Source: Klebsormidium nitens
Taxonomy: Eukaryota; Plantae; Klebsormidiophyceae
Assembly: GCA_000708835.1 (NCBI GenBank)
Contig: DF237013.1
Location: 187,561-251,560 of the forward strand
Direction: 5' to 3'
DNA length: 64,000 bases
Shown here: positions 12,559-24,500 of the stretch, piece by piece
How positions within the stretch are numbered: position 1 is the stretch's first letter
Layout of the letters: each line of letters starts with the position of its first letter
Program-made: the position numbers and the translations under genes
Notes under the pieces: model-generated
Databases searched by the model: none
Told to the model about the DNA's origin: nothing
The model's input: only the letters and a program-made list of their open reading frames with translations

Positions 12559-15500
12559 TCAGATGTGATCGTTCCCGAGCCCGGGGAACCCGTACTCCGC
12601 CCCGCCCAGGAAGCTACACGTGTCGTCTGCTGGAGGCACGTCCAGCAATGCCTCGAGGGGGATCCCCCCGGCCGCAGGGAAGCCGTCAGTCTTCCTAGCG
12701 CTCTCGGCTGGCCAGTCAAGCGTGCACTGTCCGAACCGGGGCTCCCATTCCGTTGCCGGGGTCACAGGCGCGTACTGGAGGGGGATCTCTTCGCTAACCG
12801 CGGGTATGTCTAACCCCTGGCTTAACCCGTGGAGAAGCTGCTCGACCGGGAAGTTCTCCGCAGGCGGGAAGCTCAGCTGCGCGAGCATGCGCGCATCCAA
12901 GCTTGCGCCCCGGGAGAGAACCCCGAGGAGCTCCTCCGGCCCCTGGTAGCTTAACCGGGGGTCGGTTACGTTAACCGGGTTGTCTCCAAGGGGGAGCATC
13001 TTCAGAGGCCCACGCTCCAGAGGGCTCAGGGACGGCTCAAAAGGACCCGGGTCCAGATCGGGTCTGCGGATAACCGAGCTGGTTACCGAGCCCAGCGTCG
13101 TTTCTCGCTCGTCTAGTTCCCGGGGACCGCTCAACCGGTCGGCTTCCAGAGAGAGTGGGTCGGGGATGCCGGCTAAGGACGACAGGAAGGATAGCGCACT
13201 GCGAATCTGCACGAGCGGAAAGTGACTTCCTTTGTTATGCCTCTAGAACGGTAGCGAACATCTATGGACCGTCTACAAATAAACCTGCTTGCGTCAGCTG
13301 TCTCGAGAGGTTTACACAGTACATTCACCCGAGGAGAGTATCTCTAAGAAGAAGCTTTTCGATTTGGTAAAGCTTGATATCGAAACCCTTTGGGGCGAGC
13401 CGCTTCCCATTGTCCGTTCAACAACTTAGGAGCCGCTCTTGTAGAACGCGTCAATCCTGCAGAGGATTGTCTCAACGGTCCGAGAAACGTGTGGTCACTG
13501 TTCAAACAAATCGTCCGGCCAAAGGCAGTACATCTTCCGACCGGCGAAATGACCACGAGTAAGTTTCACAATCACAAGTCGACTTCACCAAACCAAGCAA
13601 GAAACCGATCAAAAGTTCCAACTCCGGTACAGAGAGCAAAGGTGGAATAAGCAACAAAGTTTAGAATGGGCAGGTTGCGATCACCCACCTGCAAGTGTTG
13701 TTCCCGCAGTCGCACGACTTGCGTCGGGGTGAGTGTCGCCGCATCCTCGGTCTCCTTCAGATGCTCCGCCTGCTCGTCCAGCAAACTGCGCAGGTGGTTA
13801 GTGACCAGCGCCACGAGAACCGGGTTCTCTGACTGCGGGTTGTCGCTAACCCCCGGCTTAACCGAGTCGAGGACTCCCGGTTCGATGCTGAGGCTTCGGG
13901 CCAGCGCCGCCAACGGGTTGTCCTCCTCGATGCCGTTCCGCTGATTTGACATTCCGGGGAAGCCTTCTGTTCCGCCGGGCAACTCTTGGTCAGGGCTCGG
14001 TTTGGCAACCGCCGTTAGCATAACCGGTGAGGCAGTCGGGAGGGGGATCCCCCCGGCACCCCCAGGCCCGCTTAGACCGTCCGACGGAGTCGAAAACGGC
14101 CGCCCGATTATCTCCGTCAGCAAGCTGGAGGGGTCCTCCGACTGGACCAATGCTGACGTAATCCCCGAGGTCGCTGACCCGAGCACCGGGTATGGTGACG
14201 TCACCACGGGGGGCGCTGACGCCATCATCGGGAATGTGCCCCAGCCCAGAGATTCTTCCAGCGCCGCCCGGTCGCTGATGCTCCTCTTCCGGGGGGACAA
14301 GCTGACCGCCTGTCCGGGCCCCCCCGCCGCAGGAAAGACCTGGGGTGACGTCACGTCCAAGGGGAGAGCTATTCCCCCAAAGGACGTCAGCGGCTTTAGA
14401 TCTGCTTCCACTGCGAGGCCTCCGATCCGGTGTTCCGTCTCCTTTCCGTTGACCATCCCCAGCGCTCTCAACCACTCATTCTCGGTCATCCGGTCAGTCA
14501 GCGGAACGCTCGTCCCGACCGAAACCGGAACGGCCCCCGGAACGGCGCCCGCAACGCTCGCTTGCTTTGCGGGGTTCAAAGCGGCCCACCGTTTGATCCA
14601 GTTCAGCCGGCTGCCCTGCCGGACCAGACGGGGCTCTCCCCCCGCTGTAGTTCCCTGGCCTCCGGTTGCTTCTTCCAGTCCCACGTGGTCCGTCTTCAGC
14701 TTCTTTGTCTCCGGGGCCGATTCACACTCCCCGGGAAACAGGGGCATCTGCCGGAATCCGGGACTGGGAGTATCGGATTCCGTTCGCATTGGGGGATTTT
14801 GAAGCGGAGAAGAAGCCCAGCCGGAAAGGCGCGTCTTCAGGGCTTCGCCGGGCGGACGTACTGGGTCCAGTTTTGAGCTGTCCATGGAAAGGGGTTCGTC
14901 CGTCCAGTCGAAGGACGCGGGGTTCGACATGTGGCAGCTCTCGACGGTGCCACCGAGGCTCGTGATGTAGTCGCGCAGCACGAGGCAGCGCTCGCGTTTT
15001 GAGGTGCGCTGCTCCTGGCGAAAAACGGATGGGGTTAGGCAAACTGTTGATGGGTTTAGAGACATGTTGTTGGGGTTGGCCAAGCAGTTGCTGTGTCAGG
15101 AGAAAACTTTTGGGAGTGGCCAGAATAATCCACATTTGACCAGAGGAGTTCTACTGACCACCAGGCAAAAATCCAGACGGGAACAAAGAGTATGCAAATG
15201 TCCTTCAGATGGAATCAAAGAGGATCCCCAGACTATGAGGCAAGGAAACATAGTAAGAACGGACAAACAACAATGACAAAAGATAGTGTGTTCTCAGACC
15301 TTTTGCAAGAAAATGAAGCCATACATTTACAGCGGACGAGAAAGAATTGCATCAACCGGTCAGCATACTGTCAAGGGTTCAATTGGGCTTCAAGTATTTC
15401 TATCGTTTGCGCAAGGTTCAATTTCAGATTTGTCCCAGGTTCTGGCGATCAAGAATGCGTACCTTGCATTTGATCGTGTTGTTCCAGTGGTTTTTGATGG

Positions 15501-18189
15501 CGTTGGGGCTGCGGCCCGGCATGTGCCGCGAGAGAGTTGCCCACCTGCACGGCAGAGAGTGACGGTAAGCATTCGTTGCCACCTGTTTTCTCGCTTTGGA
15601 CGTCAAATTCCCTTCAAGAGCAGAAACTTTTCATGTCAACAAAACGGCCTCGATTGCCGCTATTGAGTTCAGCGCACAAACTCCAAAACACTTCCGCAAG
15701 AATCGAGACATCCACAAACCAGGCGCGGCTTGCATGTCCAGCTTTCGAGTCTTTAGGCTGAAACCAGTCAGCCTATGCCCTGGTCCGCAGTAACGCCGAA
15801 GTAAGCAAAGTTTGTATGATCGACACGTTGAAAGACAAAGCATCATGCGATTTCCGGCCCCGTTGGAGGCAGATTGTGTGCGCAGGAAAAATCTACTGAC
15901 CCGCGGGCATGAGATGACGATCGAAAACTGACCATTGAATAGACATCCAAAGGAACAAGTCACCATCGGCAGGACCCACTGGGCCTCTACCTCAAAACGC
16001 TTGGGCGTTAACGGAAGCATCCAAGATATGTATGCTACTTCCTTACCAAGCAGAACAAACGCAATTGTCGGAATGGTAAGCAGTTGTGGTTTCGGTGTCG
16101 TCACTTACTTTGAGCCGAACTGTCGGTGGAACTGCACGAGCCGTCGCTCCTCTTCATTGGTCCACTCAACCTGCGACAGGAAGAAAAGCTGTTAGACTTG
16201 ATCTGCTACTGAAGCGGTCTTTGGTTTCACTCCATACTTGCATTTACTTAGCTCATCAAGGTCTTTGGTCACTCAAACTGGACAGATGAGACACCTGATG
16301 AAAACGCAAAGCAGGGGCAGCGATTTTGAATACACGTTTCCAAGAACACAACTAGACCAATGGAATTAAAGGCCAACGCTCGATCGGATCTCGGCTTTCC
16401 AACAGCAGGCGCCAACTCGCGTCTTTCAAGCCAGGCTCCAGCGTAATGGACCACTGGCAGAGACAGCAATATTCTGAACACCTTAGGACAACATGAGAAC
16501 AATACGTAAGCAAAGACCAAATCTCTCCGTTCGCAGAACCGCCCACTCACGTCTTTCAAGCCAGGCTCCAGCGTATTGGACCACCGGTTGCGGCACTGCT
16601 TCCCGGTGCGCCCGAGCGTGCGTCCTGCTTTGGCCCACTGCGCGAGCCCATGCTTCTCGACGAAGGCAACTAGAGCGGCGTCATCATCCTGCGACAAAAA
16701 CGACAAGACTCAGCGTATGTACAAGGCTGATATGCTGTTTTATTGGACGACTTAATGTTCCTTCACTAATCTGGCTCAGGCCCCGCTCAGGCGTTTTGTA
16801 CACTAAAGGCTCAGCGAACTCGTCGGTTTGAGAAAGGATTCAAACACAGAAGCTATTAGGAAACAAAACTAGTGTACTAAACGAACCACTGCCTTTCTCA
16901 GAAACATGGTTCAACAACCACTAGGAAGAAGGGTTGTCTTTATGCTCCTGTTGTGCTTGCAGATGCGCAGAGGCCACGTGGGATCCGCTCCCTCTAGCAA
17001 TTCAAGCAGCTCTAACAATGATTGGGTTGTACCTTGGTCCAGTTACTCCGGCTGGTTCGGCCTCGCTTCGGCAAGTCCAGATCGGAGCCGCTACTGCCAG
17101 TGCTGCTGGAATCATGGGTCTGCATTCAGAAAGAACCAAGTTATATCATGTGCAGATCCGTCGAAGGTGTGTATTCATTCGCGTGCATGCAGCCCGCCTT
17201 TATTCTTATGAAGCTCCTTTCAGAGGTCTAATGAATTCTGAACGCAAATGTGGCCCCACCCCCGAACTTGAGCCGCTCGGCAAGTGGTGTGCATGCAAAG
17301 ACAGCGCTTCCAGGATAAGGCAAAGAACCTCGGAGCAGAAAGATATCCAGCAGTCTCTCAGGCATAGTATTGGAAAAAACAACAATCAACATTGGATGAA
17401 ACGATCTCATTCAAAAGTGGATGAAACAAACATATACAGAATTGAGTGGGACAAAACACATCCAGAATTGGATGGGACAAACAGGTCCAAAAGTGAGTGA
17501 GATAAACAGGTTTGATACTGGATGGGACAAACACATTCAGAACTAGGATAGCGATGTTCAAACCAGACAGATGCAGTACTAAAGTGACGTACCCTGCAGA
17601 TCCCCGTAATAAAGCACAATAATGCAATCTGGACCAGCATACAATCCCACTTATGATCTAGATGCAATTAAATACAACCCCCTGCATGTTCTGATGACTG
17701 TTCCTTAGATTCCCTCTCTTCTGAAGCGGGTCCTTTAAATGAATTACTACTGTTGCCCTATCCAGCTTCTGGCTCTACCTTACCAAATGATCCGCTTCCA
17801 GGCGTTAGCCTTACTTGGGATACCATTAGACCAGTGTTTGAGCCCTTGTCACTATTTGGCTCAATGACTTTATTTTTGTACAATGTGTACTTGAGAGGGG
17901 GGTGGGTTGACAGTCAGAAGCAACTCACCTCAGCATGCAGATCCCTCTCCCTTCCCCCCCGAGCGCAACGAGCGAGCGCCCGCAACTCCTGGGTGCTGAG
18001 ACCTGTCGACCCACTGCTTTCTCGGGGACCCGCCGCCTCCCCCCCACCATGGGGGGGTCCTTTTATCCGCTCACCATGGGGGCCTGGTTCGTCCTTTTCT
18101 TCCACGCCAACAATGGCAACAATGCTGTGAGCCTTCTGGAGGGGGGCATGGAAGTGGATGGGGACGGGAGCCTCTGGTGTTGGCTGCAT
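12559..18189 (-). CDS. R2R3-MYB transcription factor (c-Myb-like GKQCR.RW / NAIKNHWN type), about 867 aa with a long disordered C-terminus
   Basis: Exons 18189-17929, 17119-17033, 16688-16551, 16170-16109, 15544-15463, 15014-13689, 13206-12559 (2604 nt). R2: SNWTKDDDAALVAFVEKHGLAQWAKAGRTLGRTGKQCRNRWSNTLEPGLKD. R3: VEWTNEEERRLVQFHRQFGSKWATLSRHMPGRSPNAIKNHWNNTIKCK. The 5' end is uncertain because the frame stays open up to an acceptor at about 18232. Confidence 0.88.
16415..16600 (-). repeat. 130-bp-offset duplicate of a MYB exon 3' end and donor inside the following intron
   Basis: gtctttcaagccaggctccagcgta.tggaccac occurs at 16551 (exon) and at 16421 (intron). The copy's donor reads GCGAGT instead of GTGAGT. 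Confidence 0.85.
17440..17545. repeat. Degenerate minisatellite (about 25-bp unit, about 4 copies) in a MYB intron
   Basis: Units attgagtgggacaaaacacatccaga / attggatgggacaaacaggtccaaa / agtgagtgagataaacaggtttgat / actggatgggacaaacacattcaga. Confidence 0.7.
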
Positions 18190-21100
18190 AGTTGCCGCGG
18201 TGCGACAGCTGGCGGGTGGTTTACAAAAGCGCCTGCAACGAGGGGGTGAGGGAAAGGAGGTTAGAGCCAGGCTGGTTGATTAGGGGGAAGGCAAATGGGG
18301 AGATTTAGATGTGGGTTGTCAGGCGTCTACTTCACGCCTGCAATGAGGGGGCAAGAGGGAAAGCAGGTTGGAGCTAGACCGGTTGGTTAGGACGAAGCCA
18401 AATAGTGGAACCAAGGTTAGGCTCTTAGGCATCTGACTGAAGACCACCTGTCCAGGGTTACTAAAAGCAGGAGCGTGTGTAGAGACATCAGTAGCAGCAG
18501 AGAAGATCGATGAACAGCAATGGGCTTGTAATGCAACTTGCAGATCTGAGCTCGAGCAACCAGTTGTCCTTTGTGCAAGCACTTTTGGAGAGCTTCTAGT
18601 GACACAACGCAGCTGGGGGACTAGCCCCATATAGACTTCGCAGCAACCGTTCTGTTCAAAATGAAAAGGGTAGCACATGCTATTTCAAGCCAATACATCC
18701 CTCCCTCGGACACTTGCTACAGCGAAGAATGTAGGCATCTTATTCAGGTTTAGCCCAAAGATTAAAACTCAGGAAGGTGGTACACTTCTGAGCACAATGG
18801 AGTGCATTGATACTACAAAGATCCTCCCGTGTGCTAGTGGCAGCCTTCAGTTGTTTTTAAGAAAGTGTCAAGGTCCGTCACAGGAAACACACTTGGGGAC
18901 AACTGATTGCAGGACATATGTATTTCCAATGCAGGTTTCGATGGTGAGCAGAAGACATCACTTGACACCCCCACTTAGCACCACCAATTGCATTTAAAAG
19001 AGAAGCAAACTCCCAATGGACTCTTCTAAAAACATGAACATGAGCGTTCCATTGGAGAGTGGTGCCTATCTGGTCAGGTGACCAAACCATTGCACGAAAG
19101 GCTCAATTCGCAACTCTCTGCCGAGAGGGTTATAGGAAAGCAAGTTTAAGGCATGTTCAGTTCACCGGCCATGGATAGAAGGCTTCGTTTGCAAGCCCTT
19201 GCCAATATGGTTCATCTCAAGGCATGCATGCAACAACCCACAAACAGTGGATGTATCCTCACAGCTTGAGCAACTGCATTTGACAACCCAGATACACTGC
19301 AACCTCTGCTGCGTTTGTATCTGGATGCCTTGAGCCGCAAAACGAAATCCTTTTCGAAAGCTGCCCGTCTGACTTTCCCTTGGATGCAAGAGCCGCTTTG
19401 ACCAGGTGGAGGGACCAAATAAAGGAAGGCTGACATTTACAGAACGCACCGTTCAAGACGAGGCGACCGCCAAAGAATCTCCTCGTCGGGCCTCGTCGAA
19501 GTTCATCAACGTGTGGAGGGGATAAGCGCCGGAAAGGCCATGAATGGCTTCACCGCAGGTAGGGACTCTGTTGCCTGTCAAAAGATAAAGACACTCTGAC
19601 TGAGTTGTCGAGGCACCTGTCCAATCAGCATTTATGACAGTATCCCCTCTTCTTTTCAAGCAACCATGTAAGGGGGCAAGTTAAATGCAGCCCACCAAAA
19701 CCAGCAGCGTGAGCACCGACATGACAGGGAAGTGTCGCATATGCATTCTAGATTCTTGGGGTTTGTCAGGCCAGAAATTGAGCTTGCCATCTTTGTGGAG
19801 ACAACACACCCGCAACTTTCAGCTGTCATCTGGTACAAGGGCAATTGGAATGTAAGTGCTCAATTGATGTAGCTATCCCATTTTAAGCAAAGGGGCAGAG
19901 CTGATGGTTTCTGCAAATCATCATAAAGAGCATTGCAGTCCATCAGGATTGCAAGATTGCATCCAAACCAATGCATTGGTGAAAGAGAACCCACCTCAAA
20001 TGCTTTCGAGTTGCAATTCTCGTTGCCGTTTCCAGCCCAAACCCACAGATCTAGGTTGTCTGTCCAGTGCTGACGAGTGACCAATGGTGGCTAAGCTCTC
20101 CCGCTCTCCCCTCAAGGCACAATCCAAAAGCACACTGTTGCGGAGGAAAGGATTGCACCGCTAACGGTGGCTACAGCAACAGGATTCTGCGAGCTAAAGT
20201 GAACGACGGTGTTGATGTAAATCGCTATGACACAATGCAGGTCTGCGGTGTCTCAGGTAGAGACGGTACGTAAAACGCTCAACCGGATCCAAACACAATT
20301 GGCCAGCTCTGTGAAGACGTCTAGAGCAAACAAAAGCAAACACAAATTGCTAGCTCAATGGAAACCCTCAGTGCACGACAGCCCCCCTGCTGACTGCAAT
20401 CCCAGGAGCAGTATTACTATGTGTCACAGACTTCTCCCTCACGTTCAATTGGATTAAAAGCAACAGGTTTATAGCAGGTATCCCTGATTGCAAACGGAAC
20501 GACCTCAGAGAAACCCCAGCTAGCACCTACTATTCAGTCATGCTTCCACCCGGACAGCATGAGACATTGAGAATGTTGTCTTGCGCCAAGGCGACGTGCA
20601 CGGTGCACCGCGTTCCCAACCCCGCAGCCTGCCCCATTAAACCACTGATCCAGCTGGCGCCCTCTCAAGCGCGCCTGCGGCCTCAGAATCTGCAGACGCG
20701 CTTTGATAGGGCGATTCCTAAATGACCGTACAATGGTGCAGATATGTTGATTGTGAGGAGATGGCTTTGGTGAAGACACGGAGGCGCCCCTACCGGGCTC
20801 TGGCCAGAGTCTGGACATTGAAATTTGAGGCCTGGGCCCCCCCACTGCCCAGCAATTGGCAGTCATGCACTTTCTTACCTAGCTACCTACCTAGGTCGGT
20901 AGGAGGTACGGTACTACAATTGCATCGACTTGACCCTGAGTAGGTACTTGGTAGTACCTAGTACCTACCCAGATCTTAGGATGAATCATCATATCCCTGT
21001 GTACGGTACATGACGCACTCCCCCATCTCACCTGCTTCACCCCCCCTTTCCTTCCGCACTTTGCGACCCCCGTTCTGATACATTTTCTCTTTTATCCTTC

Positions 21101-21918
21101 ATGATTACCTTCGGGCCCTTTCACACCCAACTCAGGTATTGGCACGAGCAGGCTCGGGCTTGAAGCGTTTTGTAGACTTGTACTACCGGTAGATACGGTG
21201 TCCGGTCACAGCTCTCAAGTTTTGCCGTCAACACAGACTCGGAAGTACCTACCGGCCTGCTCTTGTGGCACAGTGCAAAAGCGCCACTTCGTTAATACAG
21301 TAATTTTCTTTGCATGTGGTTTGTGCGTAACGCGCAACGTAACCGCCCTGCTGACTTCCACCAGAAAGCACCCGGTGCAGCAGCTTAACCAGAAAACTAA
21401 CCAGAATGCTAGAGCGTTCTGCGTGGAACCCACCCTAACCAGCACAGTAACCCTACCCGTCTGCCGGCCAGGGCCTTATAACGTCACTTGTAAGTTTTGA
21501 AATACCGCACGTTTCCATCTGTCCACAATCAAAAGAATGATTTGGCCCGCTGAGTTTTTCAGAGGAATTATATAAGGACGATATTATGGTTTACTGAAGA
21601 TTACGGTAGACATTTAGAAAGTAACGTTAGGTGTGCCGAAAGTTTTAACGTCTCCCAAACAATTGTTTGGCGTCGAAGGTGCCAAAAAGCATTACGATAC
21701 TCGCGACTAATAGGTATGCGTGTGTGTGTCCGAGTGTGCACTGTGCACGCACTGCGGATTTGCGCAAGGTAAGGGGCCGGCGCCGGTGTTCACTGTCGAT
21801 GTACCTTTTGTAGTACCGGTATGTACTGAGCAATCATTGCAAGTTTCGTAACGCGTTTATTACGGAATGATTCCCTTCTAAAGCTTACGTCAGCCCTTTG
21901 TCAGCGGTTTGTGTTCAA

Positions 21919-22476
21919 CAGGGATGCGGACAGGATTTTGCCCCGGGGCGCTTCTGCGCCCCGGGCCTTTGCCCTGGGGCGCTGGCCAGCTTCGCTGGGG
22001 CGCAGAAAGTAGTACCGGGCTCCAAATACGCCCGGTTCCCTTATCACGTGCTATATTACGGGCCTGCATGAGACGCCTTATACTCCTCCAGAAGTTGAAT
22101 TATCTATGGTACCTATTGGATCAAAACGCTACTGACTACATTTCGCTTATACAGGCAGTAGTTGCAAATATGTATAAGAAGATTTTCTCATCTGGCACAA
22201 ACAGTCAGATAATGATCCGATAAAATGCTGGCAAGTAGGCACTGATAATACTGAGATGCTCATCCAAATCGTCAGCCAGCGCTTATGGCATATGTCATCT
22301 CACCTGTAGTATAGCCTGTTCAAATTTTACCAGATAAAGTACCGAATATAGTCCATATTCATGCTTAGGCCCAGATTTGCCCGGGGGCGCTTCTGCGCCC
22401 CGGCCCTCTGCCCGAGGGCGCAGGATATTTCCCGGGGGCGCTCCGCGCCCCATTCTGCGCCCCGCCAGCACCCCTG
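21919..22476. mobile_element. Non-autonomous hAT (Ds-like) element, 558 bp
   Basis: Perfect 8-bp TSD GTGTTCAA at 21911-21918 and 22477-22484. Ends CAGGGATGC... and ...GCACCCCTG (8/9 inverted match, similar to the Ac/Ds TIR CAGGGATG). GC-rich subterminal repeats (ggggcgcttctgcgccccgg) lie near both ends. No transposase ORF. Confidence 0.85.
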
Positions 22477-24500
22477 GTGTTCAATCAGAATATGCACGCG
22501 TACTTGGGCATGTGACGTAAGATGACCTTTGCGCAACCATCATTGATTTTCAACCAGATTTGACATGTGACGTGACGTCTAGAGTCTACCACGTGGAAAT
22601 GGTGATGTCAGTGCAGGCTACTGATTTGCTGAACGATGATGTTCCATGCCCATCTGACGCAACTTCTAAGATTGCGTCACAGAATTACAGACATTACGTA
22701 CTACTGACCCCATGATGACGTACTACAAGGATCGTCCGCTTTGCAGATGCGGCCATGCAGTTTGCACAGGTGACAGGCAACTGTCGCACGAGCGGGAGTT
22801 CCACATGGGGTGAACCGGTCGACACCCCGTATGATTGGACCCACTAGCGCACTGCTGCACGAGGCACCATGGTGCTACCGGTCACTTCCGAGCTGTAGTG
22901 GTTCAGCTAGGTACGGACCTGCTTGACACTTTATTCCCGTCGGAAGCTCATTCATGGTGTTCAGTTCGAACTTCGGATTCTAAACGGGGAAAATGGCCCC
23001 TAATAGAGGTTCCAATTTGGAACTTTGTCTGCCCGTATCGGGTGGACGTCGGCCTGGCCCTGAGGTTGGTGTCAGATAGGATGCTGATGGAAACTTCCTC
23101 AATGCGCCTTTTTGCATGTTGCTTTCACAGTAGTGCCAGATGGCGGTCAGCAATTTTTGATGACACCTGCGCAGCAAATGCGCGTTTTACGTTGTTTGCA
23201 TGATCACCGGAGAGCTCTAGATTGCGCCTTCTTAGGCATGAATCGCGTCAAGCCATGCCACCAGAAGCCACATGCCCACAGCCCCTGCAGAACCTCTGCA
23301 GAATCGCTGGATTCGTAATTCACCGAATCTCATGATCTTGACTTCCCTGCCCAACTTCGCTCCCAGATGATATGTCCTGAACGATGGTGTATTCAGCCAG
23401 GATATCCTGCAAGGACCAACTTGGATCACGCGGCTCATGATGCCAATGGACACTTCTACGGCTCAAAGAGAAAGTTGCGTCGACTCACCTACATTCGGCC
23501 ATGCATGTTTCCCCTTGTTTCCCCATGTTCTTAGTACTCGTCACTCATAGTCTTTGATACTGCTTAACTTGCTAATACCGTGTTAAAGCGAGCTAGGGCC
23601 TACTACCTACAAATACGGTATGCAGTTTTGAGAGGCCTAATCAGGTAGTTGACTATAAATACTCTCTTTATACAGTCTTGCTGAATTGCCTTGCAAATCT
23701 GCGATACGCTGAGGTGCCTTTGGCATGTAAGACGGACGTCACTATGATACCCCATCATCCAGTGATGCAAAGTTTTGGACTTAACACGGCTATAATCAGC
23801 CTAGCTTTGGCATGCCTTGCTGACAGCCCGATAAGATAGCTTGTCTGTCTCCTTTCTTTGCACCCGGAAAGATGCTGTGGCTACTGCATGGCAAAGCCGA
23901 AAAACTGCAACGTCTTATACCATCACTCATGCAATCCTTCGGCGAGCCCTCAACTGCATGAGCGTTGATTCCCATCGGCCGTGCTTCCTATATCTCAGGA
24001 CACTTCGAGAAGTTCTTGAGTCATGCATGAGCCATGATATACGACTTTGATGCATGATGTATATCGGAGGCAATGATAACCGTACCTAGGCGGCCTAGCA
24101 CGTGAATTTGCCGCAATTCCTCGTCATCCTCTTCCAACGGATCGTGTACAATTGGAACAGACTGATTACAAGCTGCATGTGCCAACTACACACGTTGGAA
24201 GTCAAGCAGATTACCCGCGCAGCGATCCAAGCAACCTGCACATGTGCATACTGTACCAACTCACGCCGTGTGACATGACACACGAGGCAGTAACTTCGAT
24301 CTTGAATCGATCATGCATGTCAAGCTAGCTGAAGCAATGTGACGTCACGGCGCATGCATATGTGCATTACTTGGAAACGTATTCGAATCCGCAGTCGGGA
24401 TTCGAAATCTTGATTACCTCGACTGGCACTGCAGTGCTTCCGTGGGCTGGCCGCGTGCAAGAGCGTACAGCCTTGGCGGCCAGAATTGCTCATATCTTTG

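Noticed and set aside
14002-14876. Long plus-strand ORFs (266 aa, 148 aa)
   Set aside because: Antisense shadows of the GC-rich MYB exon.
17914-20950. Possible additional gene between MYB and the hAT element
   Set aside because: Apart from MYB exon 1 (17929-18189), the short ORFs show no recognisable motifs or consistent exon chain; probably MYB 5' UTR, introns or promoter.
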